Shown here piece by piece: positions 49,069 to 60,435 of a stretch of 64,000 nt of DNA (positions are counted from its first letter, which is position 1; the number at the start of each line of letters is the position of its first letter). The stretch lies in the NCBI GenBank assembly GCA_027002475.1, contig JALWZS010000021.1:205-64204 (forward strand). Reading direction: 5' to 3'. Under the pieces are notes generated by a model. The model was given only the letters and a program-made list of their open reading frames with translations. It was not told where the DNA came from and ran no database searches. The position numbers were made by a program, and so were the translations under genes. The stretch comes from a bacterium. Lineage in GTDB: Bacteria > Patescibacteriota > 4484-211 > GCA-002791395.

Positions 49069-50847
49069 ATGTCAGAAATCACTCAAACTATAAAAGACAA
49101 AATCGATATAGTCGATTACATCGGCAGATACGTTAAGCTAAAGAAAACCGGGCAAAACTTTGGCGGATTATGCCCTTTCCATAGGGAAAAGAGTCCCAGC
49201 TTTTTCGTGTCACCACAACGTCAAACCTGGCATTGTTTTGGTTGCGGCAGGGGCGGTGACATTTTTACCTTTGTTATGGAACGTGAAGCGCTAGATTTCT
49301 CCGGTGCATTAACGCTACTAGCTAAAGAAACAAATACTCCCCTACCTAAAAGCCGAGATTACAAAAAGGAAGGACCACGTCAACGTCTTTACGAAGCGCT
49401 TGATGAAGCCTACAAGTTTTTTAGCCAAAATCTAGCAAAAAACGAAGCGGCACTTAACTACCTAACCAACAAACGCCACGTTACAAAGGAAAGTATCGAA
49501 AAGTTTAAGATTGGTTTTGCACCAGACTCATGGGACATGCTTGGCAAACACCTTTTAGATAAAGGCTTTACAATAAAAGAACTTGAGCGGGCAGGGTTAA
49601 TCATTCCTAAAACGAAGTCCTCAGGAGATAGAGGTTGGTACGATAGGTTCCGCAACAGAATAATGTTTAGTATTACCGATAGGATTGGTAGAGTTGTTGG
49701 CTTCTCAGGACGGATACTAAGTGGAGACGAGCAAACCGCTAAATATGTAAACAGTCCAGAGACTGAAGTATTTAAAAAAAGCTCACTACTTTATGGATTT
49801 GATATAGCCAAGCAGTCAATTGCCAAACAAGATTACGTAATAATAGTAGAAGGACAACTAGATGTTATTGCTCTACATCAAATCGGTATTAAAAACGTTG
49901 TTGCCCCACAAGGCAGTGCGTTTACACCAGCCCAGGTCAAGTTGATCAACCGGCTTACAAAACGAGCAATACTAATGTTTGATAACGACTCCGCAGGCCT
50001 TAAAGCAACACTTAGAAGTCTTAAAATTCTTTTAGAAGATAATTTTGAAGTAAAAATCGCACAGTTATCCAGCGGAAAAGACCCCGATGAGTCTGCCCAA
50101 CAATCTCCAGAACAGACACAAAAAGACATTGCCCAAGCTAAACACTACTTTAATTATTTACTTGATTACGCTACAAGTAGCAGCAAAGAAGACGACCCAA
50201 ATAGAAATTCTAAAATCAGTGCATTCATTTTGCCATTCATTGCCAGCACTCCAAACGAAGTACAAAAAGAAACACTAACACAAAAGTTAGCAGAACACCT
50301 GCACATCAGCACCAAAAGCTTACTTGACGAGCTAGCCAAAATCACTCCGAAAAGAAAAGACATCCAACCACCTAAGGTGCCAAGTCAAAAGCCAAAACGC
50401 AAAATGTCCCGTAAGGAAGCATTGTTTGCCGAGCTAACGGCTATGCTTTTACAACTCCCCCCTACTCTTGAAGAAGACGCTATCGTTGTCGACATATTAA
50501 AACCACTTTCTACCATAGAGCCTGACAACAATGTAATAATCCAACTAGCATCTAAAATTATTCAGATGGTTACATCATCGGGTAAAGTCAAGCACGATGA
50601 GCTTGATAGTTTACTAGATGAGAAAGAAACAAAGCTTGCAGACATCTTATCTGTTAAAGACTTAAAAACCGTATCAAGTGATGACGACCTTTTTATCGCT
50701 ACACTAGAACATATTGCACGAGACATTGAAGTTATTCGTATAAAGAGTAAAATCAAGGAATTAGTTAAGGATAAAAGCCCTAAGTCAATTGAAAAGATTA
50801 ATGAGCTTACAAAAAAGCTAAAAGAGTTGCAGAAACCTAATGGGTAG
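49069..50847 (+). CDS. dnaG: DNA primase
   Basis: Zinc ribbon CPFHREKSPSFFVSPQRQTWHCFGCGRGGD and the TOPRIM motif IVEGQLDVIAL. Confidence 0.9.
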   Translation: MSEITQTIKDKIDIVDYIGRYVKLKKTGQNFGGLCPFHREKSPSFFVSPQRQTWHCFGCGRGGDIFTFVMEREALDFSGALTLLAKETNTPLPKSRDYKKEGPRQRLYEALDEAYKFFSQNLAKNEAALNYLTNKRHVTKESIEKFKIGFAPDSWDMLGKHLLDKGFTIKELERAGLIIPKTKSSGDRGWYDRFRNRIMFSITDRIGRVVGFSGRILSGDEQTAKYVNSPETEVFKKSSLLYGFDIAKQSIAKQDYVIIVEGQLDVIALHQIGIKNVVAPQGSAFTPAQVKLINRLTKRAILMFDNDSAGLKATLRSLKILLEDNFEVKIAQLSSGKDPDESAQQSPEQTQKDIAQAKHYFNYLLDYATSSSKEDDPNRNSKISAFILPFIASTPNEVQKETLTQKLAEHLHISTKSLLDELAKITPKRKDIQPPKVPSQKPKRKMSRKEALFAELTAMLLQLPPTLEEDAIVVDILKPLSTIEPDNNVIIQLASKIIQMVTSSGKVKHDELDSLLDEKETKLADILSVKDLKTVSSDDDLFIATLEHIARDIEVIRIKSKIKELVKDKSPKSIEKINELTKKLKELQKPNG

Positions 50848-50871
50848 CAATGGTATAATATAATATCTTCG

Positions 50872-51957
50872 ATGACTAAAAAAACTCAAAAGGATCCTCT
50901 AAAGTCATTAATTCGAAAAGGAAAAAGCCGAGGTTACGTAACCGAATCCGAAGTCATGGAGGCGTTCCCAAACGCCGAAGAAAATCTTGAAGCACTAGAT
51001 GAGTTTTACGCGTCCTTACTTGATGAAGGTATCGAGGTTCTTGAAACTAAAGATGAGAGTGAAGCAGAAACCGACGCCAAGATATCTTTGCACGAGCAGC
51101 TCGATGCTCTTGCCAAAAAGGTAAGAAAGCGAGCATCAGATCCAGTTCGAATGTATCTAACCGAGATCGGAAAAGTCTCACTTTTAACTCGTGAAGAAGA
51201 GATCGCTCTTGCTAAAAGGGTTGAGCAAGGAGACGAAGCCGCAATAGAAAAGCTCATTCGTTCAAACCTAAGGCTCGTTGTATCAATTGCCAAAAAATAT
51301 TTAGGAAGAGGACTTTCTATGCTTGATCTAATCCAAGAAGGAAACATGGGCTTAATGAAGGCTGTTAAAAAGTACGACTGGCGACGTGGCTTTAAATTCT
51401 CAACATACGCAACATGGTGGATTCGACAAGCAATAACAAGAGCAATTGCCGACCAAGCACGAACAATCCGCGTGCCAGTGCACATGATCGAAACCATTAA
51501 CAAGTTTCACCGCATATCACGTCAGATGGCACAAGAGTTGGGACGCGAACCAGAGCCTGAAGAAGTCGCAAAAAGAATGGGCTTGGATCCAGAAAAGGGA
51601 CGTGAAATTCTAAAGATTGCCCAAGAACCAACAAGTTTGCAAAAGAAGGTCGGCGAGGATGATGATTCCGAACTAGCCGATTTCATCCAAGACGAAATGG
51701 TAATGGCTCCTGATGAGGCTGCCAGCGCAGAGCTCTTGAAGGAGCAAATGAAAGAAGTTCTAGAAACATTAACACCAAGAGAACGAAAAGTTTTGGAACT
51801 ACGGTTTGGATTGGAAGATGGTCGAGGCAGAACATTAGAAGAGGTAGGACGGGACTTTGGCGTTACAAGGGAGCGAATTAGACAAATCGAGGCAAAAGCT
51901 TTAAGAAAACTCAAACACCCAACACGCGCTCGCGAACTAAAGGACTACTTAGATTAA
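50872..51957 (+). CDS. rpoD: RNA polymerase sigma factor RpoD (sigma-70)
   Basis: Region 2.4 [22 protein letters not shown] and region 4.2 [27 protein letters not shown]. Follows dnaG as in the conserved operon. Confidence 0.9.
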   Translation: MTKKTQKDPLKSLIRKGKSRGYVTESEVMEAFPNAEENLEALDEFYASLLDEGIEVLETKDESEAETDAKISLHEQLDALAKKVRKRASDPVRMYLTEIGKVSLLTREEEIALAKRVEQGDEAAIEKLIRSNLRLVVSIAKKYLGRGLSMLDLIQEGNMGLMKAVKKYDWRRGFKFSTYATWWIRQAITRAIADQARTIRVPVHMIETINKFHRISRQMAQELGREPEPEEVAKRMGLDPEKGREILKIAQEPTSLQKKVGEDDDSELADFIQDEMVMAPDEAASAELLKEQMKEVLETLTPRERKVLELRFGLEDGRGRTLEEVGRDFGVTRERIRQIEAKALRKLKHPTRARELKDYLD

Positions 51958-51960
51958 GTC

Positions 51961-52809
51961 ATGCTAATTGGTGGATTTGTTTCAGCTGCAGGAGGATTAG
52001 ATAAGGCAATCCTACGAGCAGACGAGAACGGCTTTGAAGTCGCTATGTTTTTCATTGGTAGCCCTCATAGTTGGAAACTTCCCCATTTAACCGACGAAGA
52101 AGCCAGAAAAATTAGAGACACACAAAAAAACTCAATTGTTAAAAAAACTTATGCCCATGCGCTTTATCTTGCGAACTTAGCAACAAGCAATAAAGAGCAG
52201 TTTGACAAAACAGTAAAAGCACTCACTACAACTGTACAAAATGGAAATCTTATCGATTTAGAAGGTGTGATTTTTCATCCAGGCAGTCACAAAGGAACAA
52301 GCATCCAAGAAGGAATAAAACGGGTTGCTGAAGGCACGACGCAAGTTCTTTCAAACGCTCCAGGAACAACAAAGCTAATTCTTGAATTTGTAGTAGAACA
52401 GGGCGATAAAGTCGGAACAAGCTTTGAGCAACTTAAGCAAATAATGGACTTAGTACCCAACGAATATCAATCTCGAGTTAGTGTTTGTTACGATACTTGC
52501 CATGGTTTCGCAATGGGATATGACTACAAAGACCCCACCTTAATGCAAAAACTCGTATCAGACATAAAAAACACAATCGGACTAGAAAAACTTGATGTTT
52601 TTCACGTTAATGACTCACAGACCCCACTTGGTAGTCACAAAGACAGACACGCGAATATTGGCAAGGGCTATGTTGGATTAGAAGGATTTAAAGCGCTTCT
52701 TAACAACAAAAATTTCAAGGATAAAGACTTCATACTTGAGGTTCCAGGACTAGATAACAAAGGTCCAAGCAAAAAAGATAGAGAGCTACTATTATCGCTT
52801 ATAAACTAG
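51961..52809 (+). CDS. nfo: endonuclease IV (AP endonuclease family 2)
   Basis: HAPYLANLA, FHPGSH and CYDTCHGFA signatures. Confidence 0.85.
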   Translation: MLIGGFVSAAGGLDKAILRADENGFEVAMFFIGSPHSWKLPHLTDEEARKIRDTQKNSIVKKTYAHALYLANLATSNKEQFDKTVKALTTTVQNGNLIDLEGVIFHPGSHKGTSIQEGIKRVAEGTTQVLSNAPGTTKLILEFVVEQGDKVGTSFEQLKQIMDLVPNEYQSRVSVCYDTCHGFAMGYDYKDPTLMQKLVSDIKNTIGLEKLDVFHVNDSQTPLGSHKDRHANIGKGYVGLEGFKALLNNKNFKDKDFILEVPGLDNKGPSKKDRELLLSLIN

Positions 52810-53387
52810 CTTAAATACTCTTCATCCGCCTCCATCTCACGATTGATCAAATCTCGCAAAAAGACAGATTTCGGAATTCGACGTTTTTTAGAAACCCACT
52901 CAAGGTAGTCAACCATATAAGGTGGGACTAAAAAGTTAAATCGAATGTCCTCTCCCTCTTTAACACGAGCTAGTTCATCATCTAATCTATCTAATAATTC
53001 ATCGATCTTGAGATACTCGACAATGTATATGTCATGCTCGCGCATCGCTTTATAAATCTGTGGAACCCTACCTTCTTTGCTTATAAGGACAATCGGCTTG
53101 TTCTTTTCAAGAGCTAAGCTTAATTCATGCCCAATACTAGCGCTTGAGTAGGAAGTTTCAGCAACAACAACATCCGCTTGATTAATATTTTTCAGCATGT
53201 CTTTGTAGTATGCAACACGTTTTTCATCACTTATCTGCTGAATATCCTCATACCCCATTTTTAAAACATGATCCGCTATCACCTTGTTCCCTAACGACTC
53301 AAGCTTTTTAACTATTTTCTCGTAAACTTCACCTATTTGGGGGTGGTCATTTTTGGCCGATACAGATGCTGTAAAGTATATCTTCAT
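52806..53387 (-). CDS. hypothetical protein, nucleoside 2-deoxyribosyltransferase-like fold suspected
   Basis: KIYFTASVS...ADVVVAETS..SIGHELSLALEKNKPIVLI resembles a flavodoxin/NDT-like arrangement. Weak. Confidence 0.35.
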   Translation of the reverse strand: MKIYFTASVSAKNDHPQIGEVYEKIVKKLESLGNKVIADHVLKMGYEDIQQISDEKRVAYYKDMLKNINQADVVVAETSYSSASIGHELSLALEKNKPIVLISKEGRVPQIYKAMREHDIYIVEYLKIDELLDRLDDELARVKEGEDIRFNFLVPPYMVDYLEWVSKKRRIPKSVFLRDLINREMEADEEYLS

Positions 53388-54154
53388 ATTTTTTTGCCTC
53401 CTAAGATCAAAAATCTTGGTAGATAGTATGTATGCCTTAGCCGTGGGTATTTTACCACAATCTGCTTACTTGCAAGTGGTTCTTTAAATGCAACCAGCGA
53501 AAGATTATTTTTGATAAAAAGATTTATATAGTACTGCACTGGTCTAAAGTAATATGGCAATTTAGTACCAGAAAAAGTATAAGTGCGTTCATATGAAACG
53601 GTTTCCAAGTACCTATGCTCTATATCAAAACAAAGCCTCGTTTTACCGCTAGTGTTTGAAAAGGCGCCTAAGGCTTTTTGTTGTGATGGATTCATATCAA
53701 ATGCAGGATGCAGTAACGTAATGAAAACTCTACCATTGGGCTTTACAAGTTTTACAAAGTGTCTAAATATTTGCTCCACATTAGGGATACTCATAAAAGT
53801 CATACTACTTATTACAACATCAAAGCGTTCACCAGAGATCGTCCCGACTTGTTCTAATGAAAGTTTCAAGAGTTCTACACTATCCTTGTAATCTGACAGT
53901 CTTGTTTTAGCTAACTCAATCGCATACTCGCTTTGATCAATACCTACGACGCTAGCTCCTGCACTTAGTAGATTTTGAGTAAACTTACCATCTCCACAAC
54001 CAGCGTCTAGTATATGCTTCCCCGAAACGTTACCAAGTTCATCGAGTAAAGATTTGTATAAAACGCTTTCACGTAAGGCTACACTAGGATGTGTATCTCC
54101 AAGTTGAAAATAGTCTTTGGCAGCTCTTTGCCACGGTTCCTCGTCGTTGCTCAC
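53384..54154 (-). CDS. class I SAM-dependent methyltransferase
   Basis: Motif I ILDAGCGDGKFT and motif post-I VVGIDQSE. Confidence 0.75.
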   Translation of the reverse strand: MSNDEEPWQRAAKDYFQLGDTHPSVALRESVLYKSLLDELGNVSGKHILDAGCGDGKFTQNLLSAGASVVGIDQSEYAIELAKTRLSDYKDSVELLKLSLEQVGTISGERFDVVISSMTFMSIPNVEQIFRHFVKLVKPNGRVFITLLHPAFDMNPSQQKALGAFSNTSGKTRLCFDIEHRYLETVSYERTYTFSGTKLPYYFRPVQYYINLFIKNNLSLVAFKEPLASKQIVVKYPRLRHTYYLPRFLILGGKKI

Positions 54155-54223
54155 TTTTAAGATTTTACCAAAACCATAAGCACTTGGCTTGCTCCTGTCT
54201 TAGCTTCATGCTAAATTAAATGT

Positions 54224-55861
54224 ATGGAGGCCCCTCAACAATCAACTGCTCCATCAATCTATAAGCAATTAGATGACAATCCTCTGCAAAGCCCTCTAGC
54301 GCAAAATAAGCCAAAGGGAAAATTTTTAAAACTCTTCCTTATCTCATTGCTTATAGTAGCCATTGCTTTTTTGGGCACAGGAGCGGTGCTAGTTGCCGCA
54401 GCTTACTCTCCAGATAAACTCCCCTTCGTCCCTAGCGTAGTAAGAGTAAATCTAAATCGGTTTCTTCTTGAATTACCAGTCCCAAGAAATACTGAACAAA
54501 TCTTTATAGGAACCCTACTTAATGAAACAGAATTAAAGCAGTATCAACAAAAAATATTCGCCGAAATATCAACGCAAGGAGTCCCAAGCAATAGTCCACT
54601 GTCAAGCACCATAGCACTAAGGGCAGATGGACCAATAGATATTACGAACAAAGAAAACATTAAACTCGATCAAACAATAGTTCTTTTAATGCAACTCATG
54701 GATACTTCTTACAAACTGCAAGGCAGAGTGATTGTTTCCGATAACGTAGCATACATTAATATAAGCGACATACCCCAAGAGCTTCAAAGCTTTATAGCAG
54801 AATACATTGATCCTAGCGAAATACTTAACAAGTGGCTAAGCATTGATATAAGTAATCTTAAAAAAGACACTTCCCAACTTATCCCGCCACAACAGGGTTC
54901 TCCCACAAGCGATTCGCAAGAGTACTCACTAGATAACTTAGTCAAAAATATTTTTTCATACTCAATGCAATCTAACTACTACTCCTATTTAACCAATCTA
55001 GGCATAGAGAAAGTTAACGACATAAACACGTATCACATACAGTTAAGTAAGTCCGGCAATGAACTTAAACCATTCGTTGCTGGTCTAATTGACTATTTGA
55101 TAGAAAACGACACACCCAATAAGAACAAACTAAAGGACTCTAAAGAGAACATGCTCAAACTACTAGACTACTTGGATCGTATTACTTTGGATGCATATAT
55201 TGATACCAACGACTATTATGTAGTTCGTACAAACTTAGAAGTATTAGTGACGCCACCACTAGACATGGTTCCGACTGTCAAAGACTTTTCATCTACGTAC
55301 GGAGTTAACATATCATCTAACTTAAAGCTCGATATAAAAACAGGCTGGGAAGCATCCAACATTAACGTTCCACAATCCATAGCAGTTCCTAAAGACGCAA
55401 TACCGTTTGACCCAATAAAATCATTTTCGCCACAAGCTAGAATGACCAAGGAAGACCAACAAATGAAGCAAGATCTAGCAAACATTGGTAAAGCCATAGG
55501 CGAGTATCACAAAAAATACAACCAGTATCCACAACAGTTAACCGACCTTACAAAAGAAGGACTTACTGAAATTATTCAAAATAGCAATGGGTTACCTTAT
55601 GAGTACTACACTAAAGAAGATAACGCGTTTTTAATTGGGTACTTGGTAGCACCTGACGACTACACTAAACCAGTATGGCAGTACGATGTTAGAGCTCAAA
55701 AAGGCACAGCAATTAGTTATGAGCAGTACTTAGACTTACAAGGCTCTACACAAATACAACCCACTAAAGCACAAGATAACGACAATGGTGATGTAAATGG
55801 CATGTTTGATATTAAGCTTAATTTAGAAGACATTGTTAAAGACCTAGTGCTGCCATTTTAA
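54224..55861 (+). CDS. membrane-anchored hypothetical protein with C-terminal pseudopilin-G-like segment
   Basis: N-terminal TM. C-terminal DLANIGKAIGEYHKKYNQYPQQLTDL resembles the GspG-type motif (AL..Y..dnG.YP) but there is no prepilin leader. Confidence 0.5.
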   Translation: MEAPQQSTAPSIYKQLDDNPLQSPLAQNKPKGKFLKLFLISLLIVAIAFLGTGAVLVAAAYSPDKLPFVPSVVRVNLNRFLLELPVPRNTEQIFIGTLLNETELKQYQQKIFAEISTQGVPSNSPLSSTIALRADGPIDITNKENIKLDQTIVLLMQLMDTSYKLQGRVIVSDNVAYINISDIPQELQSFIAEYIDPSEILNKWLSIDISNLKKDTSQLIPPQQGSPTSDSQEYSLDNLVKNIFSYSMQSNYYSYLTNLGIEKVNDINTYHIQLSKSGNELKPFVAGLIDYLIENDTPNKNKLKDSKENMLKLLDYLDRITLDAYIDTNDYYVVRTNLEVLVTPPLDMVPTVKDFSSTYGVNISSNLKLDIKTGWEASNINVPQSIAVPKDAIPFDPIKSFSPQARMTKEDQQMKQDLANIGKAIGEYHKKYNQYPQQLTDLTKEGLTEIIQNSNGLPYEYYTKEDNAFLIGYLVAPDDYTKPVWQYDVRAQKGTAISYEQYLDLQGSTQIQPTKAQDNDNGDVNGMFDIKLNLEDIVKDLVLPF

Positions 55862-55896
55862 TGCCTTGTTAAATCCCCGCCCGGAAACTCTGCAGA

Positions 55897-57114
55897 TTAG
55901 TCTTGGTAGTTTACGGTCTTAGTTGAACCATCCCCCATCTTAAACGTAATAGTAAAATATGCACCATACATACTGGCATTAAACCTAATCTTGTTTAGAT
56001 TCTCCCAACTTGTAGAAGGATAGTAGTCACTGATATCAACATAATCACCGGAGTTAGCACGACCACTCCATCTCGTGCTTCCATCAATCTTAATACGCCT
56101 CATCTGTCTATTTGACTTAGACCATGTCACCATCATCTCATCGACGTAAATACTAGCACTCCCATCGGTACTTCGAAGTTCAATCCCCTTTAGTTCTTTT
56201 CCTGACCAGCCACCTACATATGCACCACTTGTATCAACATCCAGACAACTTGCCTGCGGATTGCAAGCGCTTGGCGTTGGGGTCGGGGTTGGCGTATCTG
56301 TTGGAGTTGGTGTGTTGGTTGGAGTTGGCGTGTTTGTAGGAGTAGCAGTTGGTCCGACCGTTGGAGTTGGAGTATTTGTAGGGGTGGGAGTATTGGTTGG
56401 TGTTGGTGTGTTAGTTGGAACAGGTGTATTGGTTGGTGTTAGTGTTGGAGTTGGTGTATTTGACGGAGTTGGTGTTGGACCAGTCGTTGGAGTTGGTGTT
56501 GGTTCGATCGTTGGAGTAGGCGTTGGTGAACTGCCAGGCGTAGCAGTCGGCGCGGAGTAACTACAGCTAACCACATTACACGAACACGATGATTCACTGA
56601 AATCAGTGTTTGTGACATTGCCAAATTGGTCTAGCGACACACTAGTTTGTCCAACCCCCTCGTAACAAAGGTTAAAGGTGAACGGGAAACTACTAATGTT
56701 AGTCACCTGCCCCGTTGGGACTTTAAAGTCAAAATTTGATTCGGTCGAAACAATACAGATCGGGCAAGAAATTATTTCTGTATCCAGTGACGGGGCAATA
56801 GCATTATCACTTTCATCGACTTGAGATATCTGGTAGCCTCTATATACTCCACTAGGATCATCAGCATACCGAAGCAGTGAAAAGCGATACTCTTGAACAA
56901 AAGTTCCATCATTTTGAACACCAGACGTCGCGTATTTATGAGTTAATCTCATGTCTGCAACAACGTCTCTAGTAGCCGAAGTTAGTTCTCTTCTGTGATT
57001 GAATTTCATCATCTGAGGGACCAAGAAAACCATCAACATAGCACTCAATCCAGCAACTATTAGCAGTTCAATTAGAGTAAATCCTTTTACTAAGCCCCGT
57101 CGTGTCTTTAGCAT
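55897..57114 (-). CDS. prepilin-type N-terminal cleavage/methylation domain protein (large type IV pilin-like, 405 aa) with Pro/Thr-rich region
   Basis: [25 protein letters not shown] class III signal. [50 protein letters not shown] stalk. C-terminal beta-rich domain. Confidence 0.7.
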   Translation of the reverse strand: MLKTRRGLVKGFTLIELLIVAGLSAMLMVFLVPQMMKFNHRRELTSATRDVVADMRLTHKYATSGVQNDGTFVQEYRFSLLRYADDPSGVYRGYQISQVDESDNAIAPSLDTEIISCPICIVSTESNFDFKVPTGQVTNISSFPFTFNLCYEGVGQTSVSLDQFGNVTNTDFSESSCSCNVVSCSYSAPTATPGSSPTPTPTIEPTPTPTTGPTPTPSNTPTPTLTPTNTPVPTNTPTPTNTPTPTNTPTPTVGPTATPTNTPTPTNTPTPTDTPTPTPTPSACNPQASCLDVDTSGAYVGGWSGKELKGIELRSTDGSASIYVDEMMVTWSKSNRQMRRIKIDGSTRWSGRANSGDYVDISDYYPSTSWENLNKIRFNASMYGAYFTITFKMGDGSTKTVNYQD

Positions 57115-57166
57115 TCTTTATTAATATTGACCTAAATCGACCTTTTAATCAAGAGTCATAGTGATA

Positions 57167-57586
57167 TTAGATAGTAATCTTTTTAATATCATCTACTGTT
57201 ATCCAAGCAGATTGCGCACCAAATCCGCTTTTATTAATCTCAAACGGCTTAACTTCTTTTGCACCTTCTAGAAAAACAACAATCAAATATCTTTTATCCT
57301 TAAATAAAGCCTGAAATTTTGAGATACTTCCTTTATCGATTCCTAATCCATCCTTCTTAGCGTACTTACTAAGCAATTTCACAACCTTTTTTGGAGTCAA
57401 GTTCTCATACTGCTCCACCTTTTTAACCCTAGCCACGATGGTTACAGGTTCACCACTATCTTTAAAAAAGATTCTATCTCCCGGAAACACTCTATCCCAT
57501 GGTCGCGCTTTTGTCTTATACCAACGTGTCTCAATAGTCTTTTCACCTGTTAAAATCTTTTGAGTTAACCCCCAGGATTTGCGCAT
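57167..57586 (-). CDS. ASCH-domain protein
   Basis: ILTGEKTIETRWYK is an ASCH (PUA-like) signature. The N-terminal 39 codons of the long ORF overlap the opposing gene, so the Met at 57586 is preferred. Confidence 0.55.
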   Translation of the reverse strand: MRKSWGLTQKILTGEKTIETRWYKTKARPWDRVFPGDRIFFKDSGEPVTIVARVKKVEQYENLTPKKVVKLLSKYAKKDGLGIDKGSISKFQALFKDKRYLIVVFLEGAKEVKPFEINKSGFGAQSAWITVDDIKKITI

Positions 57587-57660
57587 TATAGCCACGTGAT
57601 CCTGTTTTAAACCAACATTGAGCCTTGTTTGATAAGACACCTTAGTATTATTATACGCCC

Positions 57661-58569
57661 ATGGGAAAAAGCTATAAACTAAGTAACATTCCGTTGTATC
57701 CACAAAAAGAACCCATCTCGTTAAAACATAAGGAATTAATCGATAAGCTTAATGCAAAGGAAAAAATTTCTCACTCATCAACTAACTTTACCAACCTTTT
57801 CATACTAGACACAAACGACACATTTTTATCAAAACTAGATGATATTTTGCTAATACAGCAATTAGAACTATTTAGTAATAGGACTATCTATTTAGCACTA
57901 AGTAGCAAAGGTGATGACGTTAGTTCCAAACTAGAGAGCATCGGCATCGGAAACTTAGTAATGTACCCATATCAGTTTAAAGACGCCCAGCTCGATGAGG
58001 ATAACAGCGACTACATATACAACGTTAGAGATCTTGTGAGCTTAAAAGGCAACATTTACGCAAGTATACGAAGAAAAGTACACGCATTTGAGAAGTATGG
58101 AGACATTAGCCTAAAAAAACTTTTTGCAGCAGACTACGAAAAACTTTGGCATCTCGGTGAGGCAATATATAAACAAGGCGTACAAAAAACACCAAGTCAA
58201 AAGCAAGCAGTTGAGGTCGAAAAACAAGCACTTGAAAAAACTCTAAATTTTTCCCAAATTCTTAATGTAAACGTTGACGGACTTTTTATTAATCAAGCAC
58301 TTGTAGCTTTTGCAATCACGGAAGTAGTTAACAACAACGCTTTTGCGTATACAAATAAACCCTACAGTTCTAAAACATTATTAATTCATTTTTTCAGAGT
58401 AGATACTTCTTACAAAGGAATTAGCGAATACCTTTTCCACAAATTAGCAAAACAGTATGAGGAGAACGTAGAATTCATAAACTTTGAACAAGACTTGGGA
58501 ATTCAAGGACTTCGTAAATTTAAGCAGTATTTAAAACCCTGCTGTAAAGTAAAGGTGTACTCAAAATAG
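57661..58569 (+). CDS. hypothetical protein, DUF2156 / lysyl-PG-synthase C-terminal-like (GNAT fold) suspected
   Basis: IRRKVHAFEKYGD and GLRKFKQYLKP resemble DUF2156 motifs. Weak. Confidence 0.35.
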   Translation: MGKSYKLSNIPLYPQKEPISLKHKELIDKLNAKEKISHSSTNFTNLFILDTNDTFLSKLDDILLIQQLELFSNRTIYLALSSKGDDVSSKLESIGIGNLVMYPYQFKDAQLDEDNSDYIYNVRDLVSLKGNIYASIRRKVHAFEKYGDISLKKLFAADYEKLWHLGEAIYKQGVQKTPSQKQAVEVEKQALEKTLNFSQILNVNVDGLFINQALVAFAITEVVNNNAFAYTNKPYSSKTLLIHFFRVDTSYKGISEYLFHKLAKQYEENVEFINFEQDLGIQGLRKFKQYLKPCCKVKVYSK

Positions 58570-58637
58570 CAATCCTCCGCCTTATTTCAGTCTCTACTAA
58601 AGGCTTACTCCAAGAAGACAGATGCTATTGCTATGTC

Positions 58638-59114
58638 GTGTATACTTTCTTTATGACATTTTCGAAAAAAGAATTAATTGATTTATTAACCAAAAAGAAG
58701 TCAGAAATTCAAGAAAAGTTAGACGACAAGATGAAAAAGTTTGCAAAGGCTGACAGTGGTCGCACCGCAAGGTTTCCTACTGGTAGAGTTGAGCTTGAAG
58801 CTGAAATACTATCCTTCAAGCAAAGCATTAGCAACATCGACGGAATTCTTTATGACATTGCGCAAATTGAAACTAGAAATACAGGAACAGCAGATAGTGT
58901 AAATATTGGAAGTGTTGTAACACTAGATATAAACGGGGTAGAAAAGACTTACCTAATCCTTCAAAACGGAACAGAATTATCACTTAGCATTATCTCTATC
59001 GAGTCTCCGCTTGGCAAAAGTCTCTATCAAGCCAAAGTCGGTGATACTGTAAATTACGAAACTCCTTCTGAGACTAAGTCGGCACTAATTAAATCAATTA
59101 AGTGGTTAGAGTAA
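58638..59114 (+). CDS. greA: transcription elongation factor GreA-like
   Basis: C-terminal FKBP-like domain SIISIESPLGKSLYQAKVGDTVNYETPSETKSALIKSIKW aligns to GreA [38 protein letters not shown]. 158 aa. Confidence 0.6.
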   Translation: MYTFFMTFSKKELIDLLTKKKSEIQEKLDDKMKKFAKADSGRTARFPTGRVELEAEILSFKQSISNIDGILYDIAQIETRNTGTADSVNIGSVVTLDINGVEKTYLILQNGTELSLSIISIESPLGKSLYQAKVGDTVNYETPSETKSALIKSIKWLE

Positions 59115-59150
59115 AAGAATATTAAACCAGAAAGCTAAACTCACGCCTAT

Positions 59151-59516
59151 TTAGAAGCTCACAGAAAAGTCTGCATTTAAGCCATCCAAATCTTTCGACA
59201 TATCATCCAACCCGTCAACCTCATTCATTAGTGAATTCACCTCTGTAGCTGCTGAGTCGACCTCAGTATCGCCGCTATCCGCAGGAATTTCTGCAACTGA
59301 AGGCAGAGGTGTTGGTGTTGCAGTTGGGTTTACAACAGAACCAAGATCTCCATCCCCTTTATTCGTTGGAGTTTGTGTAACCTTTGTAGTAGTTTCATTC
59401 TCAGGAGAAGTGTTTGTTGAATACACATACAAAGCCCCTAAAATCATTAAACCTACGACAAGTAGCAAAACAAGTTCAACTACTGCTCCTTTATTGTTGT
59501 TTCTTAATCTTTCCAT
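59151..59516 (-). CDS. small membrane-anchored Thr/Pro-rich protein (degenerate prepilin-like N-terminus)
   Basis: KGAVVELVLLLVVGLMILGALYVY resembles a degraded [10 protein letters not shown] leader. TPT-rich. Confidence 0.45.
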   Translation of the reverse strand: MERLRNNNKGAVVELVLLLVVGLMILGALYVYSTNTSPENETTTKVTQTPTNKGDGDLGSVVNPTATPTPLPSVAEIPADSGDTEVDSAATEVNSLMNEVDGLDDMSKDLDGLNADFSVSF

Positions 59517-59521
59517 AGTGT

Positions 59522-60400
59522 TTATTGGTCTTGTGCTTCCAGATCCTTTACCTCGTCTCTCAATGCAAGTACAGCATCTCTAAGGTTCATACCAGCATCG
59601 TAAAGCTCCTCCTTGGCATTCTTTAATATGCTGACTGCTTGCTGGAAGTTCTCATCAGCAGCATCTGTACCAGGAACCATCGCTTTAAACAAATCCCTTG
59701 CATCCTGAACGTCTCTTTTGGCAAGCTCTAGAGCTACTTTAAAGCCATCTATTGCCTTACGCACTTCAGTTACATCTACACCTTTTTCCTCAAGCTCACC
59801 TAGCTTGGCTTCCACCTTACTTTGTACTTCTTCCATTTTCGCAACGTGATTCAAGAACCGACCTGTCACGTTTAAGCCAACATATTTCTTATGAACTTGA
59901 ACTGCCTTTTTCCAAATACTTTTAGCCTCACCTACTAATGCCTTAAAGTCTTCGCGTGTTTGAGCTGCTTCTACCTTATCTTTGAAAGCATTAATGTCTG
60001 CAATGATTCCGTCTATATCTGCAATTGCTGCAGCTTTTTCTTCATCAGTTAAACCAGTGGCGTTATTAACTCTATCCTTTGTCTGCTCAAGGCGAGCTAT
60101 TATTCTGTCAAACTGCTCCTCAAATCTAGTCTTAGCCTGATTTAGTAAATCGTCAACCGCATCTTTTATCTGATCCTTTATTTGATCCTTAATGCTTTCC
60201 ATGTCCTTTGCAATCGAAACCATAGGAGTTATCTTGATTGGGGTAATACTTGGGCTAATCTGTGCATTTTGCAACTGTTCTTCGACTACATCATTAACCT
60301 TATCTTTAAGGTTATCTGTATTAAACTCATACCCGAGTACAGAAGTGGTAAACAAAGAAAAAGCTAGAACTGTTAACGGTAGGACAGTAATCTTTTTCAT
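59522..60400 (-). CDS. secreted coiled-coil protein
   Basis: Signal peptide MKKITVLPLTVLAFSLFTTSVLG. Long helical, charged repeats. Confidence 0.55.
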   Translation of the reverse strand: MKKITVLPLTVLAFSLFTTSVLGYEFNTDNLKDKVNDVVEEQLQNAQISPSITPIKITPMVSIAKDMESIKDQIKDQIKDAVDDLLNQAKTRFEEQFDRIIARLEQTKDRVNNATGLTDEEKAAAIADIDGIIADINAFKDKVEAAQTREDFKALVGEAKSIWKKAVQVHKKYVGLNVTGRFLNHVAKMEEVQSKVEAKLGELEEKGVDVTEVRKAIDGFKVALELAKRDVQDARDLFKAMVPGTDAADENFQQAVSILKNAKEELYDAGMNLRDAVLALRDEVKDLEAQDQ

Positions 60401-60435
60401 AACAATTTAATAATAATCATAATTTGCAATACGTG

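Noticed and set aside
51006-51914. Minus-strand ORFs 51006..51503 and 51522..51914
   Set aside because: They are antisense to the well-supported rpoD gene and have Ser-rich low-complexity translations.
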